Source: an uncultured Prevotellaceae bacterium (GTDB lineage Bacteria; Bacteroidota; Bacteroidia; Bacteroidales; Bacteroidaceae). Taken from it: a stretch of 64,000 bases of DNA. Shown in pieces: positions 37,871 to 46,657 of the stretch. The position numbers were made by a program, and so were the translations under genes. The stretch's first letter is position 1. Every line of letters starts with the position of its first letter. Below the pieces are notes generated by a model that worked only from the letters and a program-made list of their open reading frames with translations, had not been told where the DNA came from and ran no database searches. The stretch is from assembly GCA_947174945.1 (NCBI GenBank), contig CAMWKZ010000011.1, forward strand, positions 4,374 through 68,373, in the 5' to 3' direction.

Positions 37871-40576
37871 ATGAAGAAGATTTTTACTTTGGCAGTGCTT
37901 TCCCTGCTTGCAGTGGGGGGGGCAAAAGCGCAAGGGCTTCGCAAGACGTGGGACTTCCGTGAGGGGTTCAGCTCGAAGACCGTTAATGCGTTGAAGGCCG
38001 ACCAGGAAGAGTTTGGCCCTAACAAGTATTGGCGTAACTATGAGGGTGATGCCAATAAGGCTGACGACCAGCACTTCTGGAACGCCAGTGGAGAAATAAA
38101 GAACTCTAACGGCTTTGCCTGTACCCACAATGGTGGCATGGAGAAGGTTATTGACGAGCTTGACGGCCTGAAGTTAGGTGTATCAGCCGCCAAGAAGTTT
38201 GTGATTACCTACGATGGTGCCCAGAAGCCAAACGAGTATGCCGATGGCGGTCTTGCCGTAGGCGAGATGGTGCCTCACGGCAAGAGCTATCTCTGGCTGA
38301 ACGGTGGTAGTGAAACGATTAGCTTTGAGGCTGAGGTAGGACAGACGATTAAGATTGCCGTTGAGTCTCACGCCGTGAATACCACTTCCCTTGGTCAAGC
38401 CCGTGGTATCTCGTTGACGGCTGCTGGCGGTACGCTGACCCCGAAGTTTGAGGGCAATCCCGTGCCGACTTACTACACCGAATACGAGTGGGACCTGACT
38501 GGCGATGCAGGTGCAAAGGCTACCCTGACCATAAAAACAACCAGCGGTTGCCACATCTACTACATCATCGTAGGTGAAGGCGACGACCCCAACGCCAACA
38601 AGATTCCCGTGGCTTACCTGACAGATGGCGACGCCACTCAGGAGGCTGCTTACCAGAAGTTAGCTGCTAACGAGAGCTATAACGTGAAAGCCGTAGACGC
38701 TGCTTCAGTAACGGCTGACGACCTGAAGGGCAACACCGTGACGGTGGTTAGTCCTACGCTGGCTGTTACCAGCCCAGTGGTAGCTATTCTGAAGGAGGTG
38801 ATGCCTTTCACTCCCGTTCTGAACATGAACGCTGACCTCTATGCCGTATGGGGCTATGGTGAGAAAACTACCATCGAAGACCGCGGTGCTCTCGTTGGTC
38901 TGCCCAAGCACAGCCTGTTGTCGGGCATTGAGCAGATAGAGATTGATGAAGACCAGTCTATCGTTCTGCTGAGCAACAGCAGCTATACCGCTGTGAAGCT
39001 GGGCGACTACTTCAAGGACGATGAGCTTGTGGCATACGGTGAGGAGGACGAGACGCAGATTGCCGTTCACGCCCATAACACCTTCCACAATGCTTACGTG
39101 TACATTCCCGCCGAGTCAATGGACAAGGTTCCTCAGTTGCTGGATAATGCCATTGAGCTGCTGAAGGACTCGAAGGCTGAGGTTACTCAGGTTTCTGCTC
39201 CGAAGATTACTATGGAGTATAAGGACCAGAACACCAACATCGCACTGGCTATGGCAGTGTCTAACCTGCCCAAGTCCCATATTTACTATACGCTTGACGG
39301 CACTGACCCGACGACGGAAAGTGCTGAATATACCGAGCCTCTCAACGTGACATCGGCTTGCACCGTTAAGGCTGTTGCCATTGCTGAGGGTTATCTGCTC
39401 AGCGAGGTTGCCTCTGCTGACGTTGAAATCTTTGCCCAGCCCGCAACTCCGACCATCGGCAAGAACCTCGAGAGTGGCAAGACCACTGTTACGCTGGCCT
39501 GCGAGACTGAGGGTGTAGACCTTTGGTACAACTATCAGGAGAGCAACGACACCGTGAAGTCGATGAAGTACACGGAGCCGCTGGTCATGACTGCTCCCAC
39601 CACGCTGACCGCTTTTGCCGTGGTGAACGGACAGGTGTTCTCTGAGCTGGCTACCGAGCGTATCGTGATTAAGGATGCCGTTGTACGTCAGGACGTGGTT
39701 GCCCACTTTGACGCTAACACCGATGAGTGGGGTACGAATTATAAGGGTGAAACCGGCAGCAATGTTTATCACTTTAGTTGGGGAAAGAAGGCTGCATCTA
39801 TCTATGACACGACCAAGGACCCCATTGACACGAAGGAAGACCCTGAGACAGGCGATGTGACCTACGTTTATCCCGAGAAGGACTACGAGTATTGGGTACC
39901 GTCTGCCGAGAGCGCATGGGAACTGAAGTCTAAGGGACAGGTCATGATTTACCAGCTACTCTCTGTGGGTAGTGACCCTGGTAATGATACTGGCTATAAT
40001 CCTGAGACCACAGGTGATATCATCGCATACGCTCCTATCACTAAGACTGCTATCCAGTTTGGTGGCAAGACCAGTGGCGAGCGCTGCACGGGTGCTATCC
40101 AGTCGCGCGTTAAGTTCAAGGCTCCGTTCGACCTCGTTGCCTACGTCGGTACAGCTGCTGGTGGTAGCAATGTCGGCAGAATGCAGCTGCAGGTGTCTAC
40201 CGACAGCTTGGAGTGGACTAATGTAGGTGACGTGATGGTGACTTCTACCGTGAAGCGCCTCTGGAAGGGCTATGTACGTGGCTACGAAGGCACTGACGAG
40301 GTTTACGTGCGCCTGATTCAGGAGGGCGGCGGTGCCAGCGTACAGATTTACGACATCTATGTGATGAACGACGGCGAGAACTCTGCCGCTCTGAAGCAGC
40401 AGTACGACGAGGAGTACAACGAGTACGTGACCGGCATCCAGAACGTCACCGACCAGAAGGCCAAGGTGATGGAGGGCATCTACAACATCAACGGTATGCG
40501 CCAGCAGTCGCTGCGTCGTGGCTTGAATATCGTTGTGATGGGCGATGGCACCGTGCGTAAGGTCATGGTGAAGTAA
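37871..40576 (+). CDS. Secreted multidomain protein: unknown N-domain, two chitobiase/beta-hexosaminidase-C-terminal (Fn3-associated)-like Ig domains, short T9SS-type tail
   Basis: Signal peptide MKKIFTLAVL..AKA; IYYTLDGTDPT...YTEPL.V...TVKAVA repeats; tail TGIQNV...IYNINGMR...GLNIV...RKVMVK. Alternative start at 37865. Confidence 0.7.
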   Translation: MKKIFTLAVLSLLAVGGAKAQGLRKTWDFREGFSSKTVNALKADQEEFGPNKYWRNYEGDANKADDQHFWNASGEIKNSNGFACTHNGGMEKVIDELDGLKLGVSAAKKFVITYDGAQKPNEYADGGLAVGEMVPHGKSYLWLNGGSETISFEAEVGQTIKIAVESHAVNTTSLGQARGISLTAAGGTLTPKFEGNPVPTYYTEYEWDLTGDAGAKATLTIKTTSGCHIYYIIVGEGDDPNANKIPVAYLTDGDATQEAAYQKLAANESYNVKAVDAASVTADDLKGNTVTVVSPTLAVTSPVVAILKEVMPFTPVLNMNADLYAVWGYGEKTTIEDRGALVGLPKHSLLSGIEQIEIDEDQSIVLLSNSSYTAVKLGDYFKDDELVAYGEEDETQIAVHAHNTFHNAYVYIPAESMDKVPQLLDNAIELLKDSKAEVTQVSAPKITMEYKDQNTNIALAMAVSNLPKSHIYYTLDGTDPTTESAEYTEPLNVTSACTVKAVAIAEGYLLSEVASADVEIFAQPATPTIGKNLESGKTTVTLACETEGVDLWYNYQESNDTVKSMKYTEPLVMTAPTTLTAFAVVNGQVFSELATERIVIKDAVVRQDVVAHFDANTDEWGTNYKGETGSNVYHFSWGKKAASIYDTTKDPIDTKEDPETGDVTYVYPEKDYEYWVPSAESAWELKSKGQVMIYQLLSVGSDPGNDTGYNPETTGDIIAYAPITKTAIQFGGKTSGERCTGAIQSRVKFKAPFDLVAYVGTAAGGSNVGRMQLQVSTDSLEWTNVGDVMVTSTVKRLWKGYVRGYEGTDEVYVRLIQEGGGASVQIYDIYVMNDGENSAALKQQYDEEYNEYVTGIQNVTDQKAKVMEGIYNINGMRQQSLRRGLNIVVMGDGTVRKVMVK

Positions 40577-40605
40577 GCGACGACAGACACTCGTTTATAA
40601 GAATT

Positions 40606-40640
40606 AGGCTGGAATCCAATACTGGGTTCCAGCCTTTTTT
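40606..40640 (+). terminator. Intrinsic terminator
   Basis: AGGCTGGAATCCA-ATAC-TGGGTTCCAGCCT followed by a T run. Confidence 0.88.
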
Positions 40641-40665
40641 GGTTGTATGCTCCTTGACGGGTTGG

Positions 40666-40753
40666 GGAAGGAACGGTTCTAACCCGTGGAAAGAACCGTT
40701 CTTTCTGGCAGTAAGAACGGCTCTTTCTCAGGGTAAGACCCGTTCTTTCCCAC
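40666..40753. repeat. 22-bp tandem array, family B, copy 2 (4 units)
   Basis: GAAC/GACC at 40671, 40693, 40715 and 40737. Confidence 0.88.
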
Positions 40754-40815
40754 CGTGAGTGCCTGTCTACCCCATAAAAAGCCCCAATTTATTTGCTTTT
40801 TCACTCACTTATTCG

Positions 40816-40823
40816 TACCTTTG
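40816..40823 (+). promoter_or_regulatory. sigmaA -7 box (TACCTTTG) for the PL11-PL1 operon
   Basis: Consensus match with an upstream TTTG, 32 nt before the ATG at 40856. Confidence 0.75.
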
Positions 40824-40855
40824 CCGACGTGACTATTATTAATAATGTACGCAAT

Positions 40856-43153
40856 ATGAACAAACTACGATTTTTTGCGATGGCACTGCTAACGGCATCT
40901 GCCATCGGTAGCCGTGCGCAGGTGACTCCTGCAAGCCAGATGGAGAAGCTGGACCGCGGCTTGGTGGCTGTGCCCACTTCCAGCACGGCAAATTTCGTCA
41001 GCTGGCGCCTGCTGGGCACCGACGACAAGGCTGTTACCACTTTTGACCTGCTGCGCAACGGTGAGGTGATAGCCTCGGGGCTGACCAAGACAAACTTTCA
41101 GGATAACGGCGGCTCGGCTGCTGCCAAGTATCAGGTGGTGACCCGCGTCAACGGCACCGAGGCGGAGACCTCCGATGAGGTGATGCCGTGGGGCAAGAAA
41201 TTCCTGACGCTGACCCTTGACAGACCTGTGGGGGGGGTACACGCGCAGTGGAGAGACGACGATAAGGGCTCTTGGAAACAGAACGTGGCATACAGCTACA
41301 CGCCCAACGACATGAGCGTGGGCGACGTGGACGGCGACGGAAAGTATGAACTGTTCGTCAAGTGGGACCCGTCAACGGCGCAGGACAATTCGTTCAGCCA
41401 CGGCTATACGGGCACTGTCTACATCGACTGCTACAAGCTGGACGGCACCCGCCTGTGGCGTATCGACCTTGGAAACAACATCCGCGCCGGAGCGCACTAT
41501 ACCCAGTTCATGGTCTACGACTTTGACGGCGACGGTCGTGCCGAGCTACTCTGCAAGACCGCCCCGGGCTCGAAAGACGGGCAGGGGGCTTACGTCAATC
41601 AGGCTGCCACCGATGCCACCATCAAGGGCCATGACAACAGCAAGGACTATCGCAACAGCGGCGGTCATGTGCTGTCAGGCCCTGAGTACCTGACAGTGTT
41701 CGATGGCCAGACGGGTCAGGCCGTCCACACGACTTGGTATCTGCCCGGTCGCACGGGAACGGGTAGCAAACTGCCCTCTGGCAGAGATAACGAAGAGGGT
41801 GGCGCTGACTTAGGAAAAGTAGTGGACTACCCGACAAAAAGTTTCTGGGGCGACAACTACGGCAACCGCTCAGAGCGCTATCTGGCTGCGGTGGCCCATG
41901 TTAACGGAGCCGACAAGCCAGCCTGTGGCATCTTCTGCCGTGGCTATTACACCCGTGCCTACGTCTGGGCGGTCAGCTTCGACGGCACACGGCTGCACAC
42001 GGAGTGGCTACACTGCTCGCCCAACGCCACCCAGTGGCTGGTCTATGCCTCGAAGTGGAGCGAAGGACAGGGCGGTGTGGAAATACCCGTCGACGGCGAT
42101 GTGCTGAAGCGCATCCCCATCAAGGCTGCCCCAGCCAACACCTCGGGTGCCACGTCGTCAGACGGCAGCGGGTCGGGCAGCAACACGCTCTTCGGCAATG
42201 GCAATCACAACCTGTCGGTGGCCGATGTCGACGGTGACGGCTGCGACGAAATCGTGTGGGGAGCAGCTGCGCTGAACAACGACGGCACCCTGCTCTATAG
42301 CACGGGCTACGGTCATGGCGATGCCATTCATGTGGGCAAGATGATTCCCGACCGCGAGGGCTATCAGGTGTTCGATGTCCACGAGGACAAGCTGGTGGCC
42401 AAGTTTGGCTCTTGGGACTTACACGATGCCGCCACGGGCCAGATTATTCATCATGGCGGCTCGGAGGGCAAGGACAATGGCCGCGGCATGGCTGGCGACC
42501 TGACCGGCAAGGACGGCTATGAGTTCTGGTCGAGCGACGAGCGCAATCCGCGCAACGCCAAGACGGGCAGCGTGGTCATCAACAAGTCGTGCTCCGTCAA
42601 CTTCCGCATCTACTGGGACGGCTCCATACAAGACCAGCTGCTCGACGGCAGCTATAACAGCAGCAGCGCCGCAGCCAATCCCGTCATCGCCAAGTGGAAC
42701 GGCAGCAGCTTCGGCAACGTCGTGGCTAACTTCAATACCGCAGAGTACAACTACGGCCAGACCTGCAACACAACCAAGGCCACGCCCTGCCTGCAGGCCG
42801 ACATCTTAGGCGACTGGCGCGAGGAGCTGGTCATGTGGAACCTGAAGAACCCCGCCGAAATCAACATCTACACCACGTGGACTCCCACCAGCTATGCCGT
42901 GCCCACACTGATGCACGACCACGTCTACCGCATGGGTGTCTGCTGGCAGAATACGGCCTATAACCAGCCGCCCCATCTGGGCTACTACCTGCCCGACTAT
43001 GTGAACGGCAAGATTGAGACGGGCATCTCGGAGCTCCAGCACGCCACGCCGGCTGACGACCACTGGTACACTCTGGGCGGCCAGCGCCTGAGCGGCGAGC
43101 CAACCCAGAAGGGACTGTACATCAAGAATGGACGTAAAGTAATTATCAGATAA
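40856..43153 (+). CDS. Rhamnogalacturonan lyase, PL11 (YesW/YesX-like), with T9SS-type tail
   Basis: QMEKLDRGLVAV..FVSWRLLG, YTPNDMSVGDVDGDG, NIRAGAHYTQFMVYDFDGDG, RGYYTR, GHGDAIH, WQNTAYNQPPH. Start reassigned to MNKLRFF. Confidence 0.95.
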   Translation: MNKLRFFAMALLTASAIGSRAQVTPASQMEKLDRGLVAVPTSSTANFVSWRLLGTDDKAVTTFDLLRNGEVIASGLTKTNFQDNGGSAAAKYQVVTRVNGTEAETSDEVMPWGKKFLTLTLDRPVGGVHAQWRDDDKGSWKQNVAYSYTPNDMSVGDVDGDGKYELFVKWDPSTAQDNSFSHGYTGTVYIDCYKLDGTRLWRIDLGNNIRAGAHYTQFMVYDFDGDGRAELLCKTAPGSKDGQGAYVNQAATDATIKGHDNSKDYRNSGGHVLSGPEYLTVFDGQTGQAVHTTWYLPGRTGTGSKLPSGRDNEEGGADLGKVVDYPTKSFWGDNYGNRSERYLAAVAHVNGADKPACGIFCRGYYTRAYVWAVSFDGTRLHTEWLHCSPNATQWLVYASKWSEGQGGVEIPVDGDVLKRIPIKAAPANTSGATSSDGSGSGSNTLFGNGNHNLSVADVDGDGCDEIVWGAAALNNDGTLLYSTGYGHGDAIHVGKMIPDREGYQVFDVHEDKLVAKFGSWDLHDAATGQIIHHGGSEGKDNGRGMAGDLTGKDGYEFWSSDERNPRNAKTGSVVINKSCSVNFRIYWDGSIQDQLLDGSYNSSSAAANPVIAKWNGSSFGNVVANFNTAEYNYGQTCNTTKATPCLQADILGDWREELVMWNLKNPAEINIYTTWTPTSYAVPTLMHDHVYRMGVCWQNTAYNQPPHLGYYLPDYVNGKIETGISELQHATPADDHWYTLGGQRLSGEPTQKGLYIKNGRKVIIR

Positions 43154-43157
43154 AACC

Positions 43158-46100
43158 ATGAAACTCAAATCAGTAATCATGCTGCTCACGGTGTGTACCA
43201 CCATGAGTGCGCAGCAGTTGGCCTTCCCCGGTGCGCAAGGCTGGGGACGCCATGCCACGGGAGGCCGCACGGGTACGGTCTATCACGTGACCAACCTGAA
43301 CGACTCGGGTGCAGGCTCGCTGCGCGATGCCGTCAGCCAGCCCAACCGTATCGTGGTGTTCGACGTGTCGGGTGTCATCCGCATCACGTCGCGCATCGTG
43401 TTCAAGAACAACCTCTACGTGGCCGGACAGACAGCCCCGGGCGAGGGCATCACCGTCTATGGCGACGGCGTGTCGTTCTCGGGTGCCAACAACATCATCG
43501 TGCGCTATATGCGCTTCCGCATGGGTGCCGTAGGCACTAAGGACAAGGATGCGGGCGGTATTGCCAACGGCCAGAACATGATTTTTGACCACTGTTCGTT
43601 CTCGTGGGGACAGGACGAGAACTTCTCCATCAACTGGGACAACAAGGGAACGGCTCCGCAGAACATCACGCTGATGAACAGCATCGTGGGACAGGGACTG
43701 ATGACCCACTCGGCAGGCGGACTGATGCAGGGCGACCGCATATCGCTCTATCGCATCCTGCTGGTCGACAACTCGACGCGCAACTTCAAGGTGAAGGGCA
43801 CCAACCAGTATGTCAACAACTTAGTGTACAACTGGAAGAATGCGGCCTACAACATGGGCGGCGACTCGGAAGGCACGTCGTATGCTAATATCGAGTCGAA
43901 CTTGTTCATCAACGGGCCAGCCGTGGGCGGCAACTGCCTGACGGGTGGCAACGCCAACTTCCACTTCTATGGCGTTGACAACTGGCAGGACGCCAACCGC
44001 GACGGTGTGTACAACCCCACGGAGTTCACGGGCGACGGCGGTGGCGACCGACAGGCAACACCCTACGACTACCCGGAACTGGAGAAGTGGGCTGCCACCG
44101 ACCTGGTGGAGAAACTGCTGCCCGAGGTGGGAGCCTCGTTGCCTTATCGTGACTTGGCCGACTGCTACATGGTGGACGAAGTGCTGTCGTTTGGCAAGCG
44201 GGGAAACCTGATAACCAACGAGAACGAGCTGCCCATCGGGGTGCCAACGTCGTGGGCATGGTTTAAGGGAGAGAAGCCGACCGACACCGACAACGACGGT
44301 ATGCCCGACGCATGGGAGACGGCTAACGGGCTGAACCCCAACGATGCGGCTGATGCCATGAAGATGGCTGACAACGGCTATACGAACATAGAGAACTACA
44401 TCAACGGCATCACCAAGGCCGACCGCCAGTTCTTCCTGCGCGCACCGATGCTGCTGGAGCTGGCGGGAGCCACGACGAACAGCCTCACCCTGTCGTGGGC
44501 TGACTACTCGGACAATGAGGAAGGGTTTGTTGTTGAGCTGAAGCAGGGCGACGACTTCGTGGAGCTTGGCCGCACGACGGCAACCGCCTTTACTATAGAG
44601 AATGCTGACCTGAAGCCGGCTACCGCCTACGTGGTAAGGGTATGCGCCTATCAGGGCACGCAGAAGTCGGACTACACGCCGGAGCTGACCGTCAAGACCC
44701 GCCCGGAGCAGGTGGACATCATCGACGTGGAGACCTTTAAGGGCAGTGGCGAAGGTGAGTGGCTGATTAACCCGCTGGACGACGAGACCCATACGCTGAC
44801 TGAAGCCACGCCGAAGAAGGCGGTGGTGGTCTACTCCGATGCCCACGTCACCATCAATGGCGACGGCTATATCAGTGGCAGTGCCTCGATGAACAAGGCT
44901 GGCAGCGGTGTGCTCACCATTGCCAGCGACCAGCAATACGAGGGGGCTACCGTGCTGCACGACGGCACCTATGAGTTCTCGTCGCTGAAGGACGGTGGCG
45001 TGGTGAGCGGACTGGGAATGAGTCAGGAGTTTGCCCAGAACTGGGTGTTCGACGGTGGCACGTATCAATACACGGGAGGCTCGACGGCCACTAACCGTTC
45101 GGCTCGCCTGTATAGCGATACGGAACTGAACATTGCTGACCCGAAGGCCGTCGTCACCATGAACGGTGCATTCGATGGGCAGGGCAATCTGCTCATTGGC
45201 GGCGAAGGACAGGTGCTGGTCAATACGGTCGGATTCTTCCAGTATGATGGCAACCTCGTGATGAAGGGCGGCACGCTGAAACTGGCCAACAAGACGGTGT
45301 CTGACAAGGGCATTGGCTCGGCTTCAAAGCTGGTGATGGCTGGTGGTGAGTTTATTACCGTGGGCAAGAACGAGAGCAGCGTTACCTATAACTTCCCTAT
45401 CGAAGCGGTGGCTGGCACTACGTCGACGGTGAACTTCGACCTATGGAATACGAATAAGTGCCGAGTGTCGGGAACGGGCACGCTCATCTGGGATGTCCAT
45501 TACCTGCGCGAGTATATTGAAGGCAACTGGGACGACTTTGCTGGCCAGCTCATTATCAAGGGCACTGGCAAGGCTGGGCAGAGCCAGTTTGCCGTGCGCA
45601 ACGGGGTAGGGGTCAAGAATGCTCCTATCTATCTGAAGGGCAATGCCCAGATTAACGGTGGCAAGAATGCCTCGACGTTCTATCTGGGTGGCTTGTCGGG
45701 CGATGCCGGCACTAAGCTGTCGGGCTTCAACGTGAAGGCTAAGGGTGAAGGAACGTGGGTTGTAGGAACGGCCAACACCAATGAAACCTTCCGTGGCATC
45801 ATTGACAACAACGACCAGGCGGGTACTCATCCCGGTACAACGTCTATCGAGAAGCAAGGCTCCGGCGACTGGCGACTGACGGGTAATAACGTGCATAGCG
45901 GAACGACTGTCGTCACCGCAGGCCGTCTGATTGTCAACGGTCAGCACACGGGAACGGGTGCCGTCACCGTGCGCAAGGGTGCTACGCTGGCTGGCACAGG
46001 TCGTCTGGCTGCCAAGACCACCATCAACGTAGGTGGAACACTGGAGGTGGGCGATACGCTGGCTACCGACAGGGGACTGACTTTCTCAGGCGGATTGCAG

Positions 46101-46445
46101 CTAAATGCGGGTGCCATCCTGAAGCTCAACGAAGCTATGGCCGAGGCTGACCGTCAGGCTGGCGACGAACTGAAAGTCTTTACGGGCACCGTCACGGGTC
46201 AGTTTGCTGAGATTCAGCCTGCCACACCCGGTGAGGGTCTGGAGTGGGACACGTCTGAACTCTACACCAAGGGCATCTTGAAGGTAACGGCCAGCACAGG
46301 CATCCAAGCCGTTGCTGCCGACGACCAGTCAGCTGAATATTATTCACTGAAGGGCGAGAAGGTTGCCACCCCCGGCACAGGCCTCTTTATCAAGAAATCA
46401 ACCACGTCTGACGGCAAGACCGTTGTCCGCAAAATAGTCCGTTAA
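43158..46445 (+). CDS. Pectate lyase PL1-family catalytic domain + Fn3 + autotransporter-associated beta-strand repeats + T9SS-type tail
   Basis: AFPGAQGWG..ATGGR.G.VYHVTNLNDSG.GSLRDA, AGQTAPG, IFDHCSFSWGQDE, DTDNDGMPDAWE; repeats NKAGSGVLTI...YEGATVLHDGT and EKQGSGDWRLTGNNVHSGTTVVTAGRL. Confidence 0.88.
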   Translation: MKLKSVIMLLTVCTTMSAQQLAFPGAQGWGRHATGGRTGTVYHVTNLNDSGAGSLRDAVSQPNRIVVFDVSGVIRITSRIVFKNNLYVAGQTAPGEGITVYGDGVSFSGANNIIVRYMRFRMGAVGTKDKDAGGIANGQNMIFDHCSFSWGQDENFSINWDNKGTAPQNITLMNSIVGQGLMTHSAGGLMQGDRISLYRILLVDNSTRNFKVKGTNQYVNNLVYNWKNAAYNMGGDSEGTSYANIESNLFINGPAVGGNCLTGGNANFHFYGVDNWQDANRDGVYNPTEFTGDGGGDRQATPYDYPELEKWAATDLVEKLLPEVGASLPYRDLADCYMVDEVLSFGKRGNLITNENELPIGVPTSWAWFKGEKPTDTDNDGMPDAWETANGLNPNDAADAMKMADNGYTNIENYINGITKADRQFFLRAPMLLELAGATTNSLTLSWADYSDNEEGFVVELKQGDDFVELGRTTATAFTIENADLKPATAYVVRVCAYQGTQKSDYTPELTVKTRPEQVDIIDVETFKGSGEGEWLINPLDDETHTLTEATPKKAVVVYSDAHVTINGDGYISGSASMNKAGSGVLTIASDQQYEGATVLHDGTYEFSSLKDGGVVSGLGMSQEFAQNWVFDGGTYQYTGGSTATNRSARLYSDTELNIADPKAVVTMNGAFDGQGNLLIGGEGQVLVNTVGFFQYDGNLVMKGGTLKLANKTVSDKGIGSASKLVMAGGEFITVGKNESSVTYNFPIEAVAGTTSTVNFDLWNTNKCRVSGTGTLIWDVHYLREYIEGNWDDFAGQLIIKGTGKAGQSQFAVRNGVGVKNAPIYLKGNAQINGGKNASTFYLGGLSGDAGTKLSGFNVKAKGEGTWVVGTANTNETFRGIIDNNDQAGTHPGTTSIEKQGSGDWRLTGNNVHSGTTVVTAGRLIVNGQHTGTGAVTVRKGATLAGTGRLAAKTTINVGGTLEVGDTLATDRGLTFSGGLQLNAGAILKLNEAMAEADRQAGDELKVFTGTVTGQFAEIQPATPGEGLEWDTSELYTKGILKVTASTGIQAVAADDQSAEYYSLKGEKVATPGTGLFIKKSTTSDGKTVVRKIVR

Positions 46446-46462
46446 AATGACCGTTCAGTCTT

Positions 46463-46584
46463 CAGTATCTCTTTCGGGTAGCCGCAGTATCTCTTTCTGT
46501 CATAAACAGTATCTGTTTATATAGTAAATAGATACTGGAGCACACCGAAGGAGATACTGGAGCAACCCCAAACAGATACTGGAG
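46463..46584. repeat. 22-bp-spaced motif array, family C: 3 direct CAGTATCT + 3 inverted AGATACTG
   Basis: CAGTATCT at 46463, 46485 and 46507; AGATACTG at 46530, 46552 and 46574. Confidence 0.92.
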
Positions 46585-46597
46585 GCGACACCCATAC

Positions 46598-46636
46598 AAA
46601 AACCTCCCCGCACCCTAAGGTGCGAGGAGGTTTTTT
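46598..46636. terminator. Bidirectional intrinsic terminator between convergent operons
   Basis: AAAAACCTCCCCGCACC-CTAA-GGTGCGAGGAGGTTTTTT. Confidence 0.9.
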
Positions 46637-46657
46637 AAGTGTGTCTGATATACCTGC

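Noticed and set aside
6877-46584. 22-bp arrays as CRISPR or mini-CRISPR arrays
   Set aside because: The period of 22 bp is far below repeat plus spacer length (about 60-75 bp), the variable parts are related to each other or only 14 bp long, and no cas genes are present.
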